A stretch of DNA of 64,000 bases, from the NCBI GenBank assembly GCA_020891255.1, contig BQFW01000013.1, forward strand, positions 496,001 to 560,000. The letters are read 5' to 3'. Both the position numbers and the translations under genes were made by a program. The DNA is from Entomortierella parvispora E1425 (taxonomy: Eukaryota > Fungi > Mortierellomycota). Shown one piece after another: positions 51,608 to 64,000 of this stretch (positions within the stretch are counted from its first letter, which is position 1; every line of letters starts with the position of its first letter). The notes under the pieces were generated by a model that saw nothing but the letters and a program-made list of their open reading frames with translations, did no database searches and had not been told where the DNA came from.

Positions 51608-54600
51608 TTAGTTCTCCACCGGAATATCCTGCTCCCGGTCCAACTCGGCCGCCCGAGTGCCGGCCTTGAGGGCCGTGGTCTGGCGTTCCAACTCCAAGAG
51701 TTGATCCTGGAGTTGCTGGATCCTGGCCTGAAGTTTCGCCTCGTTGGTCTCGGACAAAAGCGGCTCCTCGTCATCATCCACATCACCCTCCACTGCGGCC
51801 GAAGGAGCGGTGCTATCATGAACGTCGCCGTCGTCATAAGCATCGTCATCATTATAATCATCGGTCATCTTGGATTTCGACTTTTTGTTCTCCTTGCGGA
51901 CCATCGCTTCCGTGGGTGGGTAAAATCCATTGGCTCGACGGTATTGACGATGACGCTTCTGACGCTCAGTCAACCAAGCCCACATCACGTCCTCCTCGTA
52001 TTCGCGTTCCCGAAGGTCTTCTTCCACATCCATCCACCAGACACTACGAGATCGAGCTTGGCTGTCAGAGCTCGAGGATTCATCGGTTGCAAGAGGAACA
52101 CGGGCGGCCTGTCCTGCAGACTTTTGCTTGGTAAGAATCGGCCCAAGTCCCTGTCGTTGCAACAAGTCTCCTTGGATCTGCTCAATTCGCGCGGTCACGC
52201 TCGAGATCTGGTGCCAGATATACACATTGGCCAACATCGCCATGCCCAGCACCAGAATCAGAGCCAACTGTGAACCATCCATCTGTCCCTTTTCTTGCCC
52301 AGATGTTTGGAAAGAACCGAGGGCCTTGGAAAAGATGGACCCAACGCCCTCCAAGAGCCCCACAGGCTTGGATTTTGAAATAGGTCCGCTTCTAGGTTGT
52401 GGCTGCTGTAGTGATTTCTCGCCCTCAGAGGCCACAATAGGCTGGTTGACGGGCGCCCGAGCCTCGATCTGTACAGGTGGAGGAGACGCCGCCACTGGCT
52501 GAACCGCCTGGACTGCCGCTGCGGCTGCAGGAGCAGCGACAGCGCCAGGTCCAGGAAACTCGGCTGGATGGGCCGCAATGTATTTTCTCAGGGTCTTGTT
52601 CAATTCTTTGTAATGGGTCGTCAGACCCTCGGCCGCGCCCTTCTCGATCTGGCCCTTGATCCAACTGCTCTTTGTAAACTCGACTGCTCCTGTGACAACA
52701 ATCTGAACCTGACTGGGACCAGCCCAGGTGATGCAGGTCCGGACTTTGGTCGTGAAGCTGCCACCAGAGGGCACATCTGGTGTCGAGGTCGTGGTGACAG
52801 TGGTGGTATAGTCGTCAAAATTCTTGGTCTCGCACACATCGGTCAAGATCGCCTTGGTCGTCTTGGGTCCAATCGGCATCCCGAGCCACCTTGTGTACCG
52901 AGTGACCTTTGACGATGTCGAGTCGGCCGTCTTTTTCCAGGCCTCCTCCTGCACGTCCGCACCCTTCATGGCTTCTGATGTCAAAAAGTCCTTCGAGAAA
53001 TTCGAGTCAAACAAGAGCTTCCACATGGCTTCGACAGTTCCTGGGTAGGTCTCAGTCATGAAGGTGTTGGCATAGTGACGGCCATCCTTGGAACATTTGC
53101 AGGCGGTGCGTGCATGCCCCCTGACTGTCACCGCCACTACAGGCGCTGCGGGTGCTGCAGCATTATTGGGTACTGAATAAGGCGCGGTCAAAATGGGTGC
53201 TGAATGTTGCATGAACGCAGGCGAATTGGGCGAATGTCGGTCAGGATAGGATTCAGTTCCCGCCCTGGGCCGGAAAGTCGGTGTGAGTGAGTCCTGCTCA
53301 AAGGAGGTGCGCGTCGAACCACCTGTGGATGGCCTCTTTTCTGGTCCATCAAAGGATATGGGGCGGGGAGGCAGTTCCGAAACGGAGCGAGGGCGTCCTG
53401 TGCGTTTGTTATTGTGGGTGGGTGATAGACAACCTATTCGGGTCGCGAAAAGAAAGAGAGATGGTTGGAAAATGTGTTATGAGATGCCTGCCGAAAATGA
53501 TGTGCCCGATGGACCTGAAAATAAACAACAGACCGCACGGACGGACTAAAACTAGGGGTGTGCGCACATGTTACTTACCATTTCGATGGTCATCGTCGGG
53601 TATGATGGGTGCAATAACATCTACAAAAAAAACCACAAGATATCAAGATGTCAACATCAACAATGGGATACAAAAATACAAAAAAAACAAACAGGAATTT
53701 TTTCACAAAAGGAAAAAAAAAAAAAAAAAAAAAAGTCAAAACAGCAAACATCTTCTCGCCTCGCGTTCCTTACCTTTGATGAGCTTTTTGACCGCGGCCC
53801 TTTTGGATCCGCGTCGTCTCAAACCTGGACCATTCGCACTTTGGTCTCCCTCCTCATCATCCAAGTTCCACTCGTTGCGATCATCCTGAGACGCGTTCGA
53901 GAATGTGCGCAGGTGACGGTTTTTTCGGGATTCTCGGCCCGACATGAACGACTGAGCGTCGTCGTCGTCATCACCAATGGTCAGTGTGGATCTGTTCTTG
54001 GCGTGGTTACTATAATGGATGGTAGCTACCGAAGCATTGGCTGCGCAGGGGAAGGACTTTCTCCAAGCTGCCATCAAGAGGTCATGGGCAGCGTCACGAG
54101 ACAGAAACGAAGCAAAAAAGTGGCCCTTGGTATTGGTCGCTGTCACGATGCTGATCGCGTTCGGGATCACAAAGGCCGTCATCCTCTTTTCAATGGCTGT
54201 AATTTCTGAAAAAGCAATGACCAACTACGAGGGAAGAAAAGGAAAACGTAAAAAACTGTCTGTCAATTGATCTCCTGCTACTGCTGTTGCCTTGGTCAAC
54301 AATCACAACGGCTGGCCTGCATAGAATTTTGTTTTCATTATCTCATTCTTACATTTGTGACCCAACCAAAGATGTTGGCATTGAAGCAGACATGGTTCTC
54401 GCTGATGTAAAGTCGACCCTGAACGAGGATTTCCTTTTGAAGCGCACATCCGTAATCTAATAGGACAGACGTGCACAATTGGTCACGGTCAGGCACAGGA
54501 ACAGACAAAGAATAATCTGAAAAAAAGTAGAAAGCAAAAAAACGACCCTAAAATCGACTCTCTACCCCCTCTCCCCCTACTTTCCCCTTGCTTCTTCGCA

Positions 54601-56095
54601 ACACGCCACTTTTTCACGCGACTCGTTTGTTGTTTTTTGGTTCGTCTTTTTTTGCCTTTTGTAAACGTGAGAGTGCTTTGCGTGGCCCGTCCACGGACAA
54701 AAACCGGAATGAGGTTGAGGCAGGGGGTTTGCATCCCTTTGGATGAACCTGGGTCGGTCGGAAAAGAACAACTTTCCGAATGCGGTGGAATCCAGGTGAG
54801 TTCGTCTGGTGTGTGCTCTCTATTGTTTTTTCTACTTTTTTGGACGGCCCGTCAAAGCGCCTGTGAACGGAGTTTTTGCCTCCGCCGCGTACCCCCCGCT
54901 CTCCTTTCGATCTTGTTCTCTGGCCCTCCCGTCCTTCCCTTCTATAAACAGGTTCTTCCTGGACCCTGCCTACTTTATGGAACCAGGGCGAGGCCCGATT
55001 GTGCTGCATACAGCAACACATTGATCTGATGGACACACTGCGCTGTGAGTACAGCCCCAAATGGCTGTGAGTACAACCCCAAATGGCTGTGAGTACAACC
55101 CCAAATGGCTGTGAGTACAGCCCCCAAATGGCTTCTGCTTGTTTCGCCAAGCCCGCCATTCTCCCTCAAAAGCTTTACAACAATCTTCGTCAGCGTGGTG
55201 TGACACACACCGTGGAGCGGAAATATGCTAGCGGTATTTGGGAAGGGAATCATTGACAAAGATGAAGGGAAGAAAAGAAGGAACAAAGTAAAAGCAATTT
55301 TTTTGGGCAGAACTTACCCTCGATCAGCTTCTCAGTGTCGGGGACGCTTCTGAACAGTGTATGGTAATCGCTGAAGCGTTTCTCGTTGGCGTATACAAAG
55401 CTGATGTTGGTATCCGTGGACTCGTCGCCTTCATGGCTGCTGCGTCGTGAGATCGATGATGAAGTAGAGTCGACGCCGGTGGCAATGGTCTCTGGGAAAC
55501 TGCCCGGTCCGTGGCTCCACTGAGCGGTGTCAATGGACATGGACATTGGGCGAGGGCGGGGATCCTGAACGGGCGTACGTCCGTAGATCGAGGGAGTCGG
55601 GGAGCGAGCAGAGTCAGGGGAGGAAGAGCTGGTGGGAGGCGAGACAAGGATAGGGGCCGAGACAAAGTGTTTGCCTTTGACAGAGCGTTGGTTTGTCGGG
55701 AGGGTGGTGAGAGTGGAGGCAGTGTAAGGAGAGCTGATAGAGATGACGGGAGGAGGAGCAAAGGAAGAAGGAGAGGAAACAAGGAACTCGCCTGTGTGGA
55801 TGGTGGTGAAAGAAGTGAAAGAGGTCAAAGGCGAAGAAGCAGTCGAGACGGATATGACGGGCGATGCGGTATTAGAGTCGTTTCCCCGGGGGCGATGATC
55901 AAATCTCGGAGAGGCGGGCGGGGTGGACGAGGGAGAGGAGGAGCGAGAAAACTGGATCTCAGGAACAAGCAGAGGAGGGCTCTTGGGGTGTTGGAGTCGA
56001 GGAGGACTCCGCGGTGCGGGGCCGGTGGAATGAAGGTCCTGCGGAAGGAGCATCGTCGGGTCTGCAGCGGCCGGCGGAAGAATTGAGCCGGTCAT
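51608..56095 (-). CDS. GRAM + VASt (StARkin) sterol transfer protein at membrane contact sites (Lam/Ysp2/Aster family)
   Basis: GRAM domain (DYGCALQKEILVQGRLYISENHVCFNANIFGW, IEKRMTAFVIPNAI, HFFASFLSRD), VASt domain (TPDVPSGGSFTTKVRTCITW, TKSSWIKGQIEKGA), a C-terminal TM segment and a coiled coil. Four introns. The start could be the next Met (MLLPQ). Confidence 0.88.
55042..55133. repeat. Intronic minisatellite, about 4 x 22 bp
   Basis: gctgtgagtaca(g/a)ccccaaatg head to tail four times, with no spacers. Confidence 0.9.
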
Positions 56096-56712
56096 TGTGT
56101 GAGATGACAGATTCAGACGCTAGTTCTTGGAGAGCAGGTTTGTCTGCTCTACAGCAGAGAAGGGGAGGGGGAATGGAGAAGAGAAGGACAAGAGGAGAAT
56201 GGAGAGGAGGAGGAATGGGATGGGATGGGATGGGATGAAGGGATGATGCACATGCACACAGACAGACAGACAGTGATGAAGGGTAGTTGAACAGATGGGC
56301 CTCGTCGTCAGTCTTTGCCTTTGCTGAAACGGAGTTGTGTGGTTTTTTTATTTTCCTTCTTTTTTTTTCATTGTTTGGCCGCGGGCGAAGCAAAGTGGAC
56401 TTTCGGTCCCCTGCAGTCTGGCGACATCGACTGTACATCGAATCCTCTAATTGACCGCCCTCTCTAATTGACAGTCCCGTTTGGGTGAAATGGTGAAGTG
56501 ACGTGGGAAGAAAAAGTGATCCCAGCCTGGGATCTGTGACGTTGTTTTCTCGCGCGCGCCACTGATAAGCCTGAATCGAGCTTCTGTAATCTCTGCCCCA
56601 AAACGATACATATCGAGCGTGGTTTCTTCGAGGTTCTTCTTTCTTCTTCTTTTCTTCTCTTCTTCATCTCTCCACCCCCCTTCTCCACATACCCTAACCA
56701 CCACTTCCCACC

Positions 56713-59299
<2,587 letters not shown>

Positions 59300-60343
59300 A
59301 TGATTTTTTGCCCAACTTCTCCCCCCTCCCAACCCCCATTTCATTCTTTTGTGAAGCCTCATATCAAGGAACCACAAGACAATAAAAAAAAGCATTTGTA
59401 AATAACAAAAACAAAAGAGGACATGACCCCAATGCAAGAAAAGGAAGATTCTTGATGTTCGTTTTCGTCTGTACTCTTTTGGTGCCACCAAAAAAAAACA
59501 AAGAAAGTGCCCAGGGACAAGGGCAAACATAACCTTTTGACGAATAGGAATCTGGCCCAACAACTGATTCGTGGATCAAAGCAGGGCGCTCATGAGACCA
59601 ATCACCCTGGTTTTTTTTTTTTTTTTTTTTTCACCTCCCATCGATAAAAAAAAAAAAAAAAGGTCCTCGAGATGCCTTTGTGTCCACAGCAGAAAACTCT
59701 ATCTTGGATACAGCGTCCGACTGGTCTTTCTGAGAGAAAGGGAGGGTGAAATTGAAAAGAGTCAAAACCAGAGAGAGGATCTTGGAATGAGGTCATGTTC
59801 AAGACCTGACAGGAGCTTGTCTTCAGTAATAAAAGAAAAAAAAAAAAGGGGGGGGGGGGAGCTAATCCTTCCGGTCAGGGACGGAGGCGTCTCGCGTGTC
59901 TCCTCGTGCGATTTGCATTCTCAAAAAGTTCGACGATCCATTGGTGGACCCTCGTTATTGTAGGAATATCAATGCATGTCTTATGATTGTCTTTCCGCCG
60001 TGCCATTGGTCCCCTGTAACAGTAAAGCATGGATATGACCCCAAGAATCCAAGATGCCTCTAAAGGAAAAAAAGATCATGCAGACAGCGCAGCGGAGTAG
60101 TAAAAAAAAATGGTATGTTGTGTTTTATTGTTCGCAATATGGTGAATAATATACTTGTAATAGGGGTGGGGGGCTGATGTTCCGGAGGGCTGAGTAAAAG
60201 GTAAGGGTAAAAGGGTGTATCATCTCAGTTCAAAGAAGGGGGCTTAAAAAACGGGGTACTGGTTTTGTTGTTCAATGGGTAGTTGGGAAGCGGAAAAGAA
60301 AAATATGAGAAGGTTTGACGGGTCAAACGGGAAAATGCTGGGT

Positions 60344-63020
60344 TTACAGAATGGTGCACTTGGACTTCTTCTTGGCGATCTTCTGGGGTGCTCCGCCGTC
60401 GCGTGCCTGTCGGATCATCCGGACAACATTGTAGAACGAGCGCTCGACATTGACACAAGTCTTGGCCGATGTCTCTGTAAAGTCGCAGCCCAAGATCCTC
60501 GACATTTGAAAGCCCTCGTCGCGTGATACTTCACGTTCCTGCAACCGATCGCACTTGTTGCCGACTAACATCAGTGGTACTTGCTCTGAATCCTTGACTC
60601 GTGCAATCTGGTCGCGGAATCGCTTTATCCTCTCAAAAGTGGATCGTGCTGCAATTGAATAGACCAAGAGGAATCCTTCGCCATCCCTAGAGCAGTTTCA
60701 ATGAACAAAGGAAGATAGCCGCCATCAGTAAAACAAAACTCCTCTCCATTGGCGGCTCTCAAACACATATGCACGAGAGCATTGAACAGCTTGTCCACAG
60801 AAAAGAGAGAGAGAGAGAAATGAAAGTAAAAAAAAAAAATTGGACAATGTCTGAGCAGTCAAAGACAGCCTAGAGAGCTACTGGGGCATTCACTGGAAAA
60901 GTACATACCGAATCCATTGATCTCTCAATGCCGTGTATTCCTCCTGTCCGGCAGTATCCAGAACCTCGAGTACACAAGACTGATCATCAATCACGACCTG
61001 CTTTCTGTAAGAGTCTTCAATGGTAGGATCATATGTCTAATCATAAAAGAATATAAAGAGTTTTAGCAACGTGAACGTCTGGGGCATTCATTCAAATAAA
61101 AAAAAAAAAAAAGCCGGCTCTATAACGACGAAGGTCCGAGCCCTGTTTCAAAACCAAACACGCCACTCAAAGGAGTATGAACGAAAAAAAGCTCTCATGC
61201 AGTCCAACTTTTTCGAAATAAAACAACCAGGGAAGCGCCATGCACAAAGCTGTTCCGTTCGTCTTGTTTTCAAATGCAATTAGAGAGTGTTTGATGGAAT
61301 AGGAGGAAAGACCGAGTCGTAAACAAGAACGAGACCAAAAAACAACAAGAGCAAAACGCGATATGGGCGACCGTATGCATCGAACAAGTTAAATAAATGA
61401 TGCCTCATGGCTGCCATGCCCGCATTCCTGCCGCTCATCCGTGCTCTGTTTGATCCCCATCAGTCTGCTCCTGGCACGTTGCAAATCAGCCCTGTTGGGC
61501 GACCCATGCGTTGTTTGATTTCCACGAGCCTTACCTCTGTTTGATGCGGAAAAGAGCGTTGCATGCAGAGCGGGTCGACAGAGAAAACAAACAAAAAAAT
61601 AAGCGCAATCGATACCGAATCGGGTTTGAATTGAAGGGTGGAAGAAATACGTTAGCTACATGGTCCTGTTCAATGCCATTGCTACTATCCCATGCATTGT
61701 CGGTCGGTCAACTTACCAACAAAGTGGTTTAAGCACAACTGTTGTGGGGCAAAGTTGAATGGGTGTTGATGTTCAAGAAGAGGAAAGAAGACAAAAAAGG
61801 TCAGTAAGAAACGCAAAGCAAATGTGTTGTGGCTTTTTTTGTCTTTTTCCTTCTCTGTTGCTTTTGCTGGAAAACAACAACAGCGGAAAACTCGGTGTCC
61901 ATGCTCCATGCATCCGAATGCTCGGTGTTCAGGCAAAACTAAAGAGAGTTTTGCTCCGCCTCTGCAAGTTACACCAGTGATTATCTATCCTGCGTCTAAC
62001 AGAGAACTGTAGAGAGTTTCCACTTGCCTGGATTGTGAGTGCAGTCTATCATGGGACCATGAAAGCAAAAAGAAGGGAAAAAAAGCAAAAGGTAGAAGGT
62101 TAGAAGGTGGAATTGCCCAGGATGCAGAGATGGCGCAGGTGGTTGCGCCGCTGCCCAGGGGTTGGCTCGAGACAAGGACCTGCAGGGGCGGGCAATGTGG
62201 TTTTTTTGTCCTTTTTTTTTTCTTTTTTGTATGTTTGTTCTGTTTTTCTTTCAAGCAGGGAGAGGTTCCTCTCTCCCAAGGGACAAAACAAGCACATGCC
62301 ACCCATCTCCCCGTATGCAAAGTGATAAGATGTCCAAAAAAAAGAAGAGATCGGGCGGACCGCGGTCCGAGAAAGCAGGTTTGGTGGCAACTGAGACAAG
62401 AGATCCGGTTTTTGAAGAGGGCAAAATAGGTCAAGGATGATCAAGGGGGGGCTGACATGGAGGGAGGGAGAGAGAGAAGGAGAAGAAGAAGGAGAGGGGA
62501 AAGGGAAGGGAGAGAGGGAGGTCGTCGGGTGGGAAGGCAGCATCGCATGCTTTGTTCGCAAGGGAGAAGGACGAGGAGGGGGGGTGGGGGAAGAAGAACA
62601 AGGTCCAGTGGACTGCACGGTGCTGCAGTGCACCCGTACGCCTACACACGCCTACACACGCCTACACTCGCCATGTCACCATGGATAAACTCATCCTTCC
62701 TATCCTTCTTCTCCTGCGAGACTGTAGGAAGGCACAGAGAGGGACAGACGACAACATACCTTGCCAACACCTCCATCCTATGGATGAGGAGACAGAAAGA
62801 AAGAAAAGAGAGTTAGTGGCTGGACGAGATGCATGCGTTTCAGAACGAGATGGAACAAAGTGTCATCTCTTTGGGTGGCAGGGCAGGGGGGTTGGGTGAC
62901 AAGGACAGAGCGAGAGTGAAAGAGGGGAGCGACCGTCAACGGTCAATGGTCAACGGTCAACGGTCGAGAGGGAGACCAAGGTCGACTTACTCCAAGAACG
63001 ACCAGCTTGTAGAGCATCAT
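60344..63020 (-). CDS. RAS2: Ras small GTPase, fungal Ras2-type, with CAAX (CTIL); seven exons including micro-exons
   Basis: Exons 63020-62991 ([10 protein letters not shown]), 62777-62760 (DGGVGK), 62045-62028 (TALTIQ), 61738-61717 (LCLNHFV+G), 61536-61535 (AG), 61036-60909 ([18 protein letters not shown]) and 60686-60344 (NKCD, ETSAK, CTIL). Confidence 0.95.
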
Positions 63021-63146
63021 TTTGCAGGAAAGAGCGAGTGAAGAAGAGAGTGAGAGAAGAGATGAGAGTAGAAGGAAGAGATGAGGGAGATGAGAGGGAA
63101 GGAAGGAAGGAAGGATGGAAGGAACAAAAGAGTGAGGAGAGAGAGC

Positions 63147-63149
<3 letters not shown>

Positions 63150-63234
<85 letters not shown>
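63150..63234. repeat. (GA)n microsatellite upstream of the Ras start
   Basis: About 85 bp of near-perfect AG dinucleotides with one interruption. Confidence 0.95.
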
Positions 63235-63237
<3 letters not shown>

Positions 63238-63575
63238 TGGAGCGAGAAGAAGAAGACGAGATGACAGATGGAGTTGAATGAGAAGAGAAGGAGAAGGAAA
63301 GAAAGAAAGAGAGAGAAGGAAAGAAGGAAGGAAGAAGAAAGCAAAGGGAAGAAAGGCAAAAAAAGGGGGCCCAGAGCACAATTCAGTTTCCTCTTGTACC
63401 TTTGCACGGTCGTGAATGGGTAGGTGTCAAGGTGCTGCACTTTCATTCATTCATTCATTGTACCTTTGCTCTAGTGCGTATCCCTCTCATTGCTTCTTGT
63501 CTTGTCTTCTCTGGCTCTTCCTGCTCGGCTTCGCTTGCTGTGTTGGCCCTCTGTCCGTCCGTCCGTTCGTCCGTT

Positions 63576-63626
63576 CATTCATTTTCATTTCATTTTCATT
63601 TTCATTTTCATTTTCATTTTCATTTC
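63576..63626. repeat. (ATTTTC)n hexanucleotide microsatellite
   Basis: Tandem attttc units. Confidence 0.9.
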
Positions 63627-64000
63627 CATAGTATCCATCATTGATTCAATCGCTCATTCATATCCCATGGTCCCTCTCCCTTTGTTTGCGCTGTCTTTTG
63701 TCTGCTTGTCTGCTTGTCTGTTTGTCTACCTGTCTGTTTGTCTGTCATCTCTGTCTGTTTGTCTGTCATCTCTGTCTGTTTGTCTACTTGTCGGTCGAAC
63801 CACCTACTCACTGGCATTGTCTTTGTCATCCAAACAAAGTCAGCACCATCCCAGACGCGTCTCTCTCTCTCTTTCCCTTCAACTCTGTTGCCTCTCTCTC
63901 TCTTTCCCTCTTTCCCCTTTTCCCTTGTTGTGTTGTTGAAAACACCCGAGGAGGTAAAAAGGAAGGGGCTGGGCACCTTTTTTTTTTTTTTTTGAAAAAG

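Noticed and set aside
51191-52273. 360-aa plus-strand ORF
   Set aside because: Antisense to the last LAM exon and its 3' UTR, with no ATG context or domain.
55042-55133. Possible CRISPR-like array
   Set aside because: The units are contiguous with no unique spacers, there are no cas genes, and it lies in a eukaryotic intron.
62943-64000. Many Leu/Ser-, Arg/Glu- and Phe/His-repeat ORFs
   Set aside because: Translations of (GA)n, (ATTTTC)n and (CTGT)n microsatellites upstream of Ras.

Overview
A eukaryotic, intron-rich, roughly 50% GC fungal genomic window. Gene content and intron style suggest Mucoromycota, probably Mortierellaceae (inference). It holds about 20 mostly housekeeping protein-coding genes: a 5'-truncated PH/C2/RasGAP, a His-rich Zrg17/ZnT6-type zinc transporter, the SAM mitochondrial carrier, RMI1, ALG13, ARMH3/C10orf76, HNT1, a rhodanese, a Cla4-type PAK, a WD40 protein, a BTB protein, an SDR, TRAPPC8/TRS85, tomosyn/SRO7, a GRAM-VASt sterol transporter, enolase, a Ras2-type GTPase and three hypothetical genes. 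I found no tRNA, rRNA, CRISPR array or transposon. The most striking signal is in splicing. The first 30 codons of the Ras gene are split over exons of 30, 18, 18, 22 and apparently 2 nt, and skipping the 2-nt exon creates an immediate stop. At least seven frame-supported introns use GC-AG instead of GT-AG. Manual splicing also reveals a hypothetical tail-anchored protein with an acidic cluster of AIM/LIR-like motifs, a candidate selective-autophagy receptor. All exon structures and family calls were read by eye without database searches, so coordinates may be off by a few bases.
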